NCBI GenBank assembly: GCA_002269645.1
Contig: NIVC01000946.1
Span: 124,001 to 188,000 of the forward strand
Length of the DNA: 64,000 nt
Source of the DNA: Macrostomum lignano
Taxonomy: Eukaryota
Reading direction: 5' to 3'
The notes under the pieces are model-generated. The model made no database searches. It was given only the letters and a program-made list of their open reading frames with translations, and was not told the DNA's origin. This document shows positions 24,834 to 37,720 of the stretch, in pieces. The position numbers and the translations under genes were made by a program. Numbering within the stretch: the stretch's first letter is position 1; every line of letters begins with the position of its first letter.

Positions 24834-25539
24834 CGCTGCTGCTGCTGCAACTGCGGTAATAAAATTATCGGTAAATAATAGAGAATTAATAAAACAATAG
24901 AAATCTATAAAAGCAACTCTAGAATTCTAGACAGGGAAAAAAACATTTAAAGGAACAGGGAGTCAAAACTGGGGGGGGGGCAGACGCGCACTAGGGACGC
25001 ACTGAATAGACAGCACAAGAGGAGACTGAACGATCAACAGTGCCAAACAGCAGCCAATGAAAAATCTATATGGCTAAAACGGATAAGGGAGAAGGGAAGA
25101 GAGAGAGAGAGAGAGCACTGCCTTTGAGCTTGCCAGCGTGGGCGGCAGTTGGCAGCACCGGAATCGATTCGACTAAACGCCCCCCCCCCTGCTCTCACTT
25201 CGTAGCTATCATTTCCTTGAAACCGCCGTTACCAACCGGACTGATTCTTCCTCAGATAGTTCAGATCATACACTCCCCTCTCTCTTTCTCTGTCTGGCAT
25301 AGCAGCTGGGCACTTGAAAGCGTTTCGTTGGGTTAAAAGGCGTCGGGCTGCGGAAGGCATTTATAAAATGCTAAACTGCTCCTTCTCCTACCTCTGCCTA
25401 GCCAGACCAAGTTTACACCTTGTATTAGAAAGTGAGATTATAGTGCACAGGTTGCTGATCAATTCCGACCGATAGCCAGAGGTTACAAGTGCAACAAATA
25501 GTTAACTCAGTTGGCACGGATCTGGGAGGCTCGCGGTGG

Positions 25540-25750
25540 TCTAGCAACTGGGGATCTGAGCGGCTAGCCTAGCAACTGGGGATCTGAGCGGCTAGCCTAG
25601 CAACTGGGGATCTGAGTGGCTAGCCTAGCAACTGGGATCTGAGCGGCTAGCCTAGCAACTGGGGATCTAAAAGGTTGGCCTAGCAACTGGGGATCTAAAA
25701 GGTTGGCCTAGCAACTGGGGATCTGAGAAGCTGGCCTAGCAACTGAAGAT
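25540..25750. repeat. Short tandem repeat, about 28-bp unit CTAGCCTAGCAACTGGGGATCTGAGCGG
   Basis: About 7 copies. Confidence 0.9.
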
Positions 25751-26774
25751 CTAGAAGGTAAGGTAACGGTGGCCCAGCAGCTTGAGGATCCGGGGCTGGT
25801 GCAATGACACAATCAGAGCACAGAAGTTGGCCTGTAAGAGCCGAAAAGGGGTTAATATAAAAAGCGAATAAAGTGGTTATGAGATGAAATTGAACTACAC
25901 ATAGACATTCGAACAGAATTAAGTGCACATTACCCCAATCAAAGTATGCTGTTTTCATTAACTGCTTGCTGTTCTCATAACCCAAACCCAGCATTCGAAT
26001 TGCTAGCAGTCACCCATAGCCTCCAATTATGGCACTCTGTCGCTAAGGTGAAGGGATTCCATGTACCGCAGCACACGGCAGGCGGGGACACGCCCAAGCC
26101 CCATTTTGTAGCCCTGCTTGAACAGTGCAGCGCACACAACCCCCCCTTCCAAACCAAACAGCGCCAATAACAGGGGGGGGGGACAAAAAAGTGCGTCCCA
26201 ATCAGCCAGCCACGGGAGCGACAATTCCATACTGCTTTCGTCTTTAAACAGGCGCACAAATCAATAATAATTCAGGGAGAATGCACTGAACTGCAGACAT
26301 TTATTATAATCCCAGAAGTAGGCGTGTTCAATCCTAGATTACTTATCTCTCTTGCTATACAATAGAAACCTATTATGTGAGTATTGAGTATCTAAAATCT
26401 TTAAAATAATATTTGAAAACGACATTAGAGCGCAACAAATCAACTCGGATACGGACGCACAAGTATTCTTTTTTTAATTATAGCCACTTACGTAAAAGTA
26501 CAAATAAAATTTGTATTCATAACTAATTAACAGCATATTAAGCCTAGTTAATTATAGCTTTGAAGAAAGAAACACAGTAGGTTTGGGTAAATGTAATCTC
26601 ACAGTTCAATACCTGGAGATCTAAGTATGCGATTCGCGTTATGTAACAGCAATAGCTAGACGAATTATAGGCAAGCATATATGTGAAGCAAATTAATTTT
26701 TAATAAGAGCAATCAAGTGGAAGGCAGGCATACTGCTCACTGCCTGGCTTCTGGGACTTACAAGCATCAACAAG

Positions 26775-27062
26775 AGGGAGACAGAGAGGGAAGGCGAGGG
26801 GAGATGAAGAGCAGGGAGATGGAGAGGGGAGGGGAGATGAAGAGGGGAGAGGGGATAAAGAGGAGTAGATGAAGAGGGAGAGAGAATGAAGAGGGGAAGA
26901 TGAAGGGGGAAGGGAAGATGAAGAAGGGGATATGAAGAGGGGATGAAAAGGAGGAGATAAAGAGGGTAAGATGAAGAGAAGAGAGGAGAGATAAATGCGG
27001 AGATGAGAGAATGGGGAGATAGAGAGGAGAGGGAAGAGGGAGGGAGGGGGATGGAGAGTGGG
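26775..27062. repeat. Purine-rich (GA) low-complexity tract
   Basis: Almost exclusively G and A for about 290 bp. Confidence 0.9.
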
Positions 27063-27647
27063 AGACAGCATCTGAACCCCAGCTTCATAAGCGCAGCATT
27101 AGAAAGGCAAAAATGGAGGGCAGACTGGTTGCATTTCAGCTCGGTTACAAGCAAATCTGTATGCGGCTATGCGGCATCCAGGTATGCAACTTCAAACAGT
27201 AATAATACAAGTATTATATATCGTTATCGAGCAGAAAAAGCATTGGATAAATCTAGCGCTAGAAGTACTGGTGACACTCGAGCAGGAAGAGCCCAATTAT
27301 AGGTAATGAACGACCCTAGGTGTGCGCCTGATAATTAATTGCTTAGGTAATTCTTTTTGACAGCTAGCAATTCAACCGTCGAATATCGCTTTTTACGCCG
27401 AAAGAAAGCAGACATGCAAACATTAGCAAAATATGTAAGACATAATGACCAGAGCAGATCAGCACAGCTAGGCGAACAAATCCCAAAATTCTACTGAATA
27501 AAACAGGAGCAAGCATAGAAACTGACAAGAGAAATTGATTTGGTACGCACAACTTATACAAGCAACTGACACTGGAAATGCGAACTGAGCACTGGACAGG
27601 CCGAAATCTTATGATTAATTATTGGCTTTTAGACTCCATCTTAACCA

Positions 27648-28495
27648 GCTGCTCCAGCCTCCCATTCATTCAGTGAGCTGCTGCCCCAGCCTCCCATTCA
27701 TTCAGTGAGCTGCTGTCTCAACCTCCCATTCATCCAGTGAGCTGCTGCCCCAGCCTCCCATTCATTCAGTGAGCTGCTGTCTCAGCCTCCCATTCATTCA
27801 GTGAGCTGCTGTCTCAACCTCCCATTCATTCAGTGAGCTGCTGCCCCAGCCTCCCATTCATTCAGTGAGCTGCTGCCCCAGCCTCCCATTCATTCAGTGA
27901 GCTGCTGTCTCAACCTCCCATTCATCCAGTGAGCTGCTGCCCCAGCCTCCCATTCATTCAGTGAGCTGCTGTCTCAACCTCCCATTCATTCAGTGAGCTG
28001 CTGCCCCAGCCTCCCATTCATTCAGTGAGCTGCTGCCCCAGCCTCCCATTCATTCAGTGAGCTGCTGTCTCAGCCTCCCATTCATTCCGTGAGCTGCTGT
28101 CTCAACCTCCCATTCATTCAGTGAGCTGCTGTCTCAGCCTCCCATTCATTCAGTGAGCTGCTGTCTCAGCCTCCCATTCATTCAGTGAGCTGCTGTCCCA
28201 GCCTCCCATTCATTCAGTGAGCTGCTGTCTCAGCCTCCCATTCATTCAGTGAGCTGCTGTCTCAGCCTCCCATTCATTCAGTGAGCTGCTGTCTCAGCCT
28301 CCCATTCATTCAGTGAGCTGCTGTCTCAGCCTCCCATTCATTCAGTGAGCTGCTGTCCCAACCTCCCATTCATTCAGTGAGCTGCTGTCTCAGCCTCCCA
28401 TTCATTCAGTGAGCTGCTGTCCCAACCTCCCATTCATTCAGTGAGCTGCTGTCTCAGCCTCCCATTCATTCAGTGAGCTGCTGTCCCAACCTCTC
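27648..28495. repeat. Minisatellite, 32-bp unit CTCAGCCTCCCATTCATTCAGTGAGCTGCTGT
   Basis: About 26 tandem units. Confidence 0.98.
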
Positions 28496-28834
28496 ATCCC
28501 TATATAGTCTAAGTTAATCAAAGCCTTTTTAGTCTCATTTATTTATGGCAATAAATAAACTTAAATACAACACACAAACAAAAAATTTAACGCAGGGAAA
28601 TAGCATAAGATAGCATATGTAAAACTTAAAATAAATTAGACGATAATTGGTTTGAAAAATGACATACAATGCAACTAGAATCAGCAGTCTGACAAAGTCG
28701 CCGTGTCACCTCTTGTATGGAGAGCTGGAATGATATCTGCAAATAAAGCGTACGAATAGTCGGTCCCCGTTAGCTTATGATTGTATGGCCTGCTTGTATC
28801 GCTAGGATGTCGTTAGAATGCACATCCCAGCCAT

Positions 28835-29560
28835 TTGATGTTTGCCGCTACCCCAGCACAATCTCAGTCCTTTGATCTTTGCCGCTAACCCCAGCACAAT
28901 CTCAGTCCTTTGATGTTCGCCGCTACCCCAGCACAATCTCAGTTCTTTGATGTTCGCCGCTAGCCCAGCACAATCTCAGTCCTTTGATGTTCGCCGCTAC
29001 CCCAGCACAATCTCAGTTCTTTGATGTTCGCCGCTAGCCCAGCACAATCTCAGTCCTTTGATGTTCGCCGCTACCCCAGCACAATCTCAGTTCTTTGATG
29101 TTCGCCGCTACCCCAGCAGAATCTCAGTCATTTGATGTTCGCCGCTACCCCAGCACAATCTCAGTCCTTTGATGTTCGCCGCTACCCCAGCACAATCTCA
29201 GTCCTTTGATGTTCGCCGCTACCCCAGCACAATCTCAGTCCTTTGATGTTCGCCGCTACCCCAGCACAATCTCAGTTCTTTGATGTTCGCCGCTACCCCA
29301 GCAGAATCTCAGTCATTTGATGTTCGCCGCTACCCCAGCACAATCTCAGTCCTTTGATGTTCGCCGCTACCCCAGCACAATCTCAGTCCTTTGATGTTCG
29401 CCGCTACCCCAGCACAATCTCAGTCCTTTGATGTTCGCCGCTACCCCAGCACAATCTCAGTCCTTTGATGTTCGCCGCTACACCAGCACAATCTCAGTCC
29501 TTTGATGTTCGCCGCTACCCCAGCACAATCTCAGTCCTTTGATGTTCGCCGCTAACCCAG
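28835..29560. repeat. Minisatellite, 37-bp unit TTTGATGTTCGCCGCTACCCCAGCACAATCTCAGTCC, just past the CLK stop codon
   Basis: About 19 tandem units. Confidence 0.98.
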
Positions 29561-29631
29561 CCTAATATTTGTCCTTTGAAATTCACCGCATACCTCAGCC
29601 CAAGCCCAGGAACAGATATTAGCAGAAAGAT

Positions 29632-32600
29632 TTACCGATGCGACCGCAGGTGCTGCGGCAGGGCCTCAAAGAACGGATGATGAATAGCTTCGCCTAGTGG
29701 TGCCCGACGCCTTGGCTCGTACTCGAACAGATCCTCCAGCAGATCGAATAGCAGCCGATGCTCCCGACTATCCGGCAGCTGGGTGTAGCGCCGCAACGGT
29801 TGCACGGCCGTCTCGGCGCCGCCCCATTTCCAGGCCAGCCGGCCCCTATGAAAATATTTTGTCTTTGGCGACGCTTCAATCATGCGAGTTGGCAGCCGGC
29901 CAAAGCAGCGCTCCATCATGGCCAGGTGCTCTAAATTGTCGTGCGTCATGAACAGGCACTCGCCGGTGTACAGCTCGAACACTATGCAGGCGATGGACCA
30001 GACGTCGCACGGATGCGACCAGCCTAGTTCCAGCACCACTTCGGGGGCGCGGTAGTGCCGGGTGGACACGATCTTGGTGTGGTGCTCGTGATCGAATGTG
30101 GCCGAGCCGAAGTCGATAAGACGAATTGTGGGATCGCGGAGCACGGTGCGCTAGGTAGGGGATGGGGGATAGCAAGATTGCGCTTACAACTGGGAATTCG
30201 ATTACGGGAATTACAACTGTCTCTTTAAACCGGGCCAGTGTTCAAAGCACTTGCGAGTAATATTAATAACTAAAACAAAACAGTAAGAATGCGTCAAATG
30301 ACTCATATGAGCACCTGACGATGGACCAAATGACTCATATGAGGACCTGACGATGGACCAAATGACTCAAGAGGACATGCTGATAGACCAAATGATTCAT
30401 ATGAGGACCTGACGATGGACCAAATGACTCATATGAGGACATGGTGACGGACCAAATGACTCATTTGAGGACATGGTGACGGACCAAATGACTCATTTGA
30501 GGACATGGTGACGGACCAAATGACTCATTTGAGGACATGTTGATGGACCAAATGACTCATACGAGTATTAGGACATGCTGATAGACCAAATGACTCATAT
30601 GAGGACATGATGGTGGAAAAAATCACTGATAAGAGGAAATGGTGATGGACTAAATGACTCATATGGGGCACCGCTGATGGACCAAAAGACCAACACTCTA
30701 GCGCCAATAACTCACCACTCGTCCAGTCTTGGGGCAGACATCGCGAACGCAATCGTTGGAGTTGCAGAACAAAATATTCTCGGGCTTCAAATCTGTGTGC
30801 GTCAGTCCGCAGTCGTGCAAAAATTTCACAGCGTAAGACAGCTGATAGGCCATGCTGCGCACCTGTTCAAACGGATACGGCGCGTAGTCGTTTCGCTTTT
30901 GAAAGTCGAACACTGACTCGCCGAGCATGTCGAACACCAAACAGACGTGGCCATGGTAGTTAAAGTGCTGTCGCAGCTGTACGCAGTGAAATCGGCCGTG
31001 CGGATCGCGGCGCTCCAGCGTTTGCAGCACCTTCACCTCCAGCATGGCGGCGTCCCGGTACTTCGGCACGTTGCGAACCACCTGGAAAGTAGCGGGCGAG
31101 CCCGTGAAGGCAATTTCTAAAAAATAAAAAAAACTGTTTCAGACTGACTACTGATAGTAGCTGAGTATGGGCATTACGATTATAAGCATACGACGTCCTA
31201 AAAAACCAGGAAGGTTATTAATATTAAACTAAATGATTCTGGGAAGCTGGCCCAGCAACTGATGATCTGGGAGGCCGGCGGGTTGCCCTTCAGCAACTGA
31301 GGATCTGGGAGGCTGCCGGGTTGCCCTTCAGCAACTGAGGATCTGAGAGGCTGCCGGGTTGCCCTTCAGCAACTGAGGATCTGGGAGGCTGCCGGGTTGC
31401 CCTTCAGCAACTGAGGATCTGAGAGGCTGCCGGGTTGCCCTTCAGCAACTGAGGATCTGAGAGGCTGCCGGGTTTCCCCAGCAACTGAGGATCTGAGAGG
31501 CTGCCGGGTTTTCCCAGCAACTGAGGATCTGAGAGGCTGCCGGGTTTCCCCAGCAACTGAGGATCTGAGAGGCTGGTGTGCTGAGCCTTACCTTAATAGC
31601 CACTCGTTCATTGCCCGCGCGCCTGTCGGCGGCCTCCAGCACCCGACCGAAGGTGCCCTCGCCAAGCAGGCGTACCAGGGTGTACTGGCCGGAGCGCATG
31701 CTGGCGCCTGGCTGCACTACCAAATGGCCGTCGCGGTCCTGCTGTACAAAGGACCGGGACCGGGACCGGGATCTGCGACTGCTGCTAGCCGGCGAGTCGT
31801 GACGCGACTGATGCTGCTGCAGTGGCGGCTGATAATAACGGCGTCGACTTCTAAAATTTTAAAGGTGATCAGATTGGCTTAAAGCATACAAGGTAATTGA
31901 ATTGAACAGTATTTATATGTACTGACAGTACTGTGAAATAAATTACAAAAAATGACTTATAGCAAAGAAGTGGACTGATAGCTATCTACTGAAGTAATGA
32001 CTGGTAGCTATCTACTGAAGTAATGACTGGTAGCTATCTACTAAAGTAATGACTGGCAGCTACATACTAACGGAACACTAAATTATTGATAAGCCATACT
32101 CCCTGCAATTCACCTGTAATGCGACCTAGTTGCCACGGACTCAGTGCGCGAGCTGTACCCATCTTGAATGCGACGCGACGATCCGCCTCTAGATCGGGAC
32201 CGGGATCTGGATGCTCTCGATTTTGCTCTACGTCGATGCGGCGACCGCTTACGCTGCCGACGCTGCCGGCTGTAGCTCTGGTGCCGGCTTCGCTGCCGAC
32301 GTCGGTACCGCGAGGAGCTGCGCTCTCGCCGGCTTCGATCTCGCGAAGTCGCCAATGACTGCCTTGCCGAACAGCCTGACTGAGTAGACGACGAAGGCGA
32401 GGAGGTGGAGCGCCTTCTGTGCCTGGCGGCGGACTCGCGCTGGGCTGAACGGCCGCGATAGGCGGGATTACGGCGCGACCGCCGGCTCGACCGGGAGCGG
32501 TAGCGCGACCGGCCATCGGACCGGGACGGCGACCGGAATCGGGACCGGGACCGAGACTTAGATCGGGACTCGTCGCTGTAGCTGTCTTGACGCCGGCTCT

Positions 32601-32736
32601 GCTCAACGGATCGTATCGAATGATGCGGCATAGAGGAAGGCGGCGGCCGCGGAGGTGTGAACTGCTGCTGTCTGTACGAGGCTAAAACGCCGTAATCCGC
32701 TAAGCCGCCCGAGTGTTGCTGGCCGTAGCAGTACAT
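29632..32736 (-). CDS. CLK: CLK/Doa LAMMER dual-specificity kinase with RS-rich N-terminus
   Basis: Exons 32736-32114 (RS domain; start provisional), 31850-31592 ([19 protein letters not shown]), 31081-30716 (HTDLKPEN), 30150-29632 ([23 protein letters not shown]). Junctions are GT-AG with consistent phases 2, 0, 0. Confidence 0.95.
30295..30685. repeat. Degenerate minisatellite, about 30-bp unit GGACCAAATGACTCATATGAGGACATG.., CLK intron 3
   Basis: About 12 copies, most containing TGACTCA. Confidence 0.92.
31250..31575. repeat. Tandem repeat, 36-38 bp unit CAGCAACTGAGGATCTGAGAGGCTGCCGGGTT(GCCCTT/TCCC), CLK intron 2
   Basis: About 9 copies; shares the AGCAACTG.GGATCTGAG core with the 25540-25750 repeat. 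Confidence 0.93.
31963..32065. repeat. 26-bp unit AGCTATCTACTGAAGTAATGACTGGT, 3-4 copies, CLK intron 1
   Basis: Direct repeats. Confidence 0.85.
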
Positions 32737-33720
32737 CCGTGACGGAGTCGACTGACTGGAAAGCGTGGCCGGGGCTGACTGAGCTGGAGACAAACGGGTC
32801 TGATATATATGCGCCCGCACCGGGACCTGCCCAGTGATCTATCGGGCACTAATAAAGTGCAAAGCGGCTTTTCAAGGGAAAAAGGAATGGCACAAAGTCC
32901 ATTAATTGCTCCCTTTTTATCCCCCTCAACGCTGTTTTATACTTTCGGAATTCTGGGAAAATGATTGCGCTGCATCAATTATTATGGTTGCTTCTACAAT
33001 TCAAAGGATTTAAAAATGGTTCGGCAAGGGTGAAACACATTAATATTTCTGGATCGAGTTACTTTTCCCACTTTTACACAGTTTGCGTCAGCTAGCTGGT
33101 AGCCAATCATCCAGGGCAATCACAATTACCGGGGGGGGAGGTTGGCGTTTTCTGTTTAAAAAAGACAAACCAAGGAGAAATCAGGCTCTCAAAGCACCAA
33201 TGCCGTCATTACTGAACCAAGCGCAACTCTACGCGTGACAAGGATAACGTGCTTGGTGCAAAGAATGGCCTTATCAATTTATAAGACTAGATTTTGGTAT
33301 TTAACAGTAGGAATAGCAAGCCGTTTCTCCGCCTGCTTTTAAACCAAAAGAGGAGCACCGTAATGGAGCGACCCAAGCGCCCATTTTAAAACAAGAATCA
33401 AGTCGCCAGCCCTCCAAATGATTCAGATATTCAACAATTCGACTCTCAACGTCGACTATGCGTGCATTAACTCTAACTTTGGTGGTAATTAGCCTTTACC
33501 AAGACAGCTTGTGGATCTTGTGCAAATGAAATTAATGTGACTGTGATTAATGTTGCCAAGGAGATTTCAGCCTCAAGGATTTGCCCTAGTCAAGAAATCC
33601 TTCTAAAGTTGATGATAATGATGACTACCTGTGCATATTCATTGAGGCTGACCTTTGACAAATCACATGTGAGTTGGTGCAAGTCTTTGGGATAGACCAA
33701 CAAACAATTGCCATTCACTT

Positions 33721-34338
33721 AATAGTCCACTGCCCTTGGCCCCCACCCCCACCACCATAGGTCACCACTCGGATCAACCAGTGGGTGGCTTCAAAGCACA
33801 GGGAGAGGTGGGCTAACGCCCCCAACTACCGGCAATCCCGTGTGGTTGTCCCTTGTCTTTCCTCTGCTCTGCCTAGGGCCTTGCTTGGACTCAACTGCAG
33901 AGACATCAGGGCGGTGACCATTGTCCTCTTGGGACGGGCTGTTTTCCCAGGCATCGCCACCTCCAGGGAAAAAATCCACAGTGAGAAATGCCCATTCTGC
34001 CTCTCCAGTGTCTAGAATGCGTCATCTGTGAATGCCCATCAGGACAGTCTCACTTACCTCGGCCTAAACCCGGACCTCTCCAACATTTTCAGGTCCGAGA
34101 ATCTCTGCCAGCTCGTCCGCTACCTAAGGGCTACCAGGCAAGTGACAATCTACCTCCTAGACTCTCCAGAGGGGGGGGCGCTGCAGACACCGACACCACC
34201 GGAACTCTGCAAACACTACACACACACAACACTAGCTGCCCATAGTTGCCAAGGGTTAGTGAAATGGGTGGCAATGCCTCCTTGCTATTTCTGGACCCAT
34301 GGAGCCCCCTACAGCTAAGTCAAGCTAAGTCAAGTAAG
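33721..34338 (+). mobile_element. 5'-truncated, decayed non-LTR retrotransposon 3' end (R1/LOA/I-type post-RNase H region) with a long flanking direct repeat
   Basis: Frames give [18 protein letters not shown]...EKCPFC...VICECP...LTYLG..PDL, the CCHC-type C-terminus of I-group LINEs; tail (GCTAAGTCAA)2; about 67-70 bp direct repeats at 33651-33720 and 34339-34405. Confidence 0.7.
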
Positions 34339-37300
34339 ACCTCTGACAAACCTCATGTGAGTTGGTGCAAGTCATTAGGATAGACCAAACAATTGCCACT
34401 CACTTGCATCAACTGGGCAAGGTGCACAAGTTGGCTCAATGGGTACCCTTTAAATTGTACAATTAGGGCCACAGATGTAGGGCAGAGGCAGCTATTCCTC
34501 TTTTCTCCTTTAGGTATATATATATACATAACTGGCTAAGGTCTATTGTTACAAGCAATGAAAAATGATGCTTATTGCTTATACATGAAAATCAAGTGTT
34601 GCTAGCCATAGTAAATGCTGATGCAACCCCTAAGCCACAGCCTAAAGCCAGACTCTAGCTCGTACCTCTGCAAGGTCATGCATTTGGTGGGACTAAAGGT
34701 ATAATCTTCTACAAGCTGCTGCCACCCAACATTGATTATGGCTGACCTGTATTATTAGTAGCTAGATAGATTGGCTGCTATAATTGCATAAAAGCAACCA
34801 AATCATGATATGGTCCAATTCTTGCATAATAATATTCACTTCACATTGCCAAACTGACTTGCCAAAGCTAAGAACTAGTGCTTTACTTCCCATACTCCCC
34901 CAACTTAGTACCTAGCAACTACTATCTATTCTTGGCCTTGCTTAATGCCTTGAAGAGCAAAAGTTTTGCTAATAAAGAAACCCCAGATAACTGGCTCAAC
35001 AATTTTTTGTCTTAAACCTAAAAAATTCTATACTAATAATATTATAATTCTGCCTAAAAAATGGTAACTAATTTGGAGCAATTAGTTTGTTTTTTTAAAG
35101 TCTTTCCACATATTCTTTTAAAAACTTCCTTGATATGGAAGAAAGTTCTGGAAATTGCAAGAACATTCTTAACAACTGAATATTTATTTGCTACTATAGG
35201 CTTTCTTTTTGCTTGTTTTGGCCTAGATGCCCAATAATAAAAATATGTTTTTTAAACTAAAGTCCCTTCTATAAAGTTTAAGAAGCTACTAAATGAATTT
35301 TAATCTTAGAAAGCTTTAAAGAATAATTGATAGCTATATAAGCAATCTAATTAAATATAGCTAGCCTAATTATTAGGTCTTAAATATAAGCTAGAGGTTA
35401 GCTAACTAATAAATTTCAAAATCTAAGATAAACTCAAAAAGGATATAGTCAATTTATCCATAAAGCTAAGGACAAGGTAAAATATATTATTATAAAACTA
35501 AATTGTTAAATCTAAGGTTAAAGAAAAACGCAACTTTTTTATGAAAATCTACTGACATTATCATTAGCCAACTTAGCCCCATAGTATATAGAAATAATTT
35601 AATGTCTTACTCCTATAAAAGAATACTTTTCTACTTCTTTGCATGGCACATTGATAAGATAGCTACTTTATCATTTATATCAATCAAAATACTATGGTGA
35701 ATCAGCTTCAGCTAGGTTGCTTGTTTAAAGTGGTAGAAAAATATATGAGAGCTATTAAAGCTCTAATATCTATATTTTTATTGTAAAATGATGCTACGTA
35801 TGCGTGAGCAATGAAATAATTTAAAAGTAGACAAATTGCCCATAACTCAATTGATAATAACTCAAACATAATATGACAAGCTAGCATAGATAATAAGAAA
35901 GAAATGAATAATAAGAAAGTACAAATACAAATCAATGCTCACACTAAGTGCATATATATACTAGTAGCTACACAACAAGTACTATGCAGATATAATAAAA
36001 ATTATTCATATGATATATATAGATAAAGTAGCTATCTTGCCAATATGCCAAGTTAGTATACATGTATAGATAAGCAGAAAATTATTCCCATGTTATTATA
36101 GGAATAAAACAGAAATTATTCTTAAATTTTTCTTATAGAGATAAATACTGCCTTATTATAGCATATTAGGGGCCTATTAGAATAACCAAAAACAAAAAAA
36201 TTAAAGATTTACATTTATATTTATTATTTAAGATAGGCCCTAGATAATATTAAACTTAAAGTATTTTATTATTTAAATCAAGTTATTTTAGGTACCTACT
36301 TTTTGCTTTTTAGCCTTGCCTAGGCTTATGGCCTAAGTAGTAATAGCCTAAAAAGTATTTATACAAGTTAAAATTAGATTGAGCCCTTCTTAGCAAATCA
36401 TAGGCCTAATAAAAAGATATTGCTTTCCATATGCAGGGCAACAGGCTTCGTCATAATTTATAGAAAAAGATGCTTGATTTTGCATAAAAGTAATTGAAAA
36501 AGAAAATAAGTGCCATTAAAAAGTTAAAACCAAATTAATCTTTGATTTGATGCCTATGATTAATGCCTATCTTTTTTGTTTTTGGACAAAATTCAATGAA
36601 GGATATTCATTATTTAATTAGCCAATATGAAAAAATTAGGCTTAATTGTCATTTTAAGGTTAGTAGGCCTAGAAGCTCAGCTAAAAGCTATCTAATTTAA
36701 TGAACATATTAGAAAAAAATGGCCTAACCAGTTAAAAATTTAGGCCTACTTGTTTTAATGCCCTTGGCTAGGGTTCTAGCACCAGAACCTATTTTCTAAC
36801 AGCTAGGGATCTGGCAATGCCATATAGAAGCAAATAAAGACTGCTAAGAACATATCTGAATATGTTCTTAGTCTGAATATTAGAAGCATCTCGTCCCAAA
36901 TCTTATCATATTGTCTTAAATTTTAATCTAGAACAAAATCTCAATATCAGCCACCTGTAGAAAGAAAAATATAATGTTCCATCTACATTATAATGGCACT
37001 GCCGGATCTGTAGCCATTAGAAAATGGGTTCTAGTGCCAGAACTCTAGCCATTGCCATATTGGTTAGGCCTATATGATTGGGGATTTTTGTTTGATATAT
37101 GAAATACACCTTGACCTTTTCACCTTGGGTAAACTCCACTCCCATTTTTACTAACAATGCTAGGCCCACATTAGGGCAAGACCCTATTGAATTTAAAATA
37201 GGCTATTATAACTGAAACTAGCCAGCCAGGCTTTACCTGTGGCTAGCCAGGGTATTTCCCAGTTCTGCCTTGGCAAACAATTGTCCCATACAATCAATCA

Positions 37301-37720
37301 TTTCTACTACCTGTCATGCTGTATCAGTAAGTCTAGTTAATTTTTTAAATCTATTTTTGATGCCAATTTCATTCACATCTGGACTCATTTTTGGCATTGA
37401 GTCTTCAGGTTTTAGGCATATAGGGCCTATTATTAGCCTTTATTAAGCCTAGCCTAGCCTTTATTAAAAAGAGCACGCAGTCTTTTTAATAGAGCCTTAA
37501 ACTTGTAAAATGAATTTAAAGGAAGACTGCTCTTTCTGAGGGCAAGACATTTCTTTCACTAGAACTACTTCTTCTGAAAGGCTAGGTCAAAGGCTGTTAG
37601 AAATGTTTGGGTCTTACAAAGTTTACGGTAGATTTAACAGATTTAACAGTTTATTTAAATGATTAAGCTTTTTAGAAACTTTCCACAAATTTAAGGATTT
37701 TCAGAAATTGCTATGACAAA
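34250..37720. other. AT-rich, strongly CpG-depleted island containing a decayed inverted repeat (36721-36821 and 36995-37070)
   Basis: By eye only about ten CG dinucleotides in about 3.4 kb; mismatches between the arms are nearly all transitions at reconstructable CpG sites. Confidence 0.75.

Noticed and set aside
27648-29560. Two 32-37 bp repeat arrays of CRISPR-repeat size
   Set aside because: Head-to-tail repeats without spacers.
32067-32606. Overlapping alternative-frame ORFs in CLK exon 1
   Set aside because: By-product of GC-rich RS-domain coding.
9310-32736. Four co-oriented genes as a trans-spliced operon
   Set aside because: Intergenic gaps are 1.8-4.8 kb and repeat-filled; nothing in the sequence supports polycistronic transcription.
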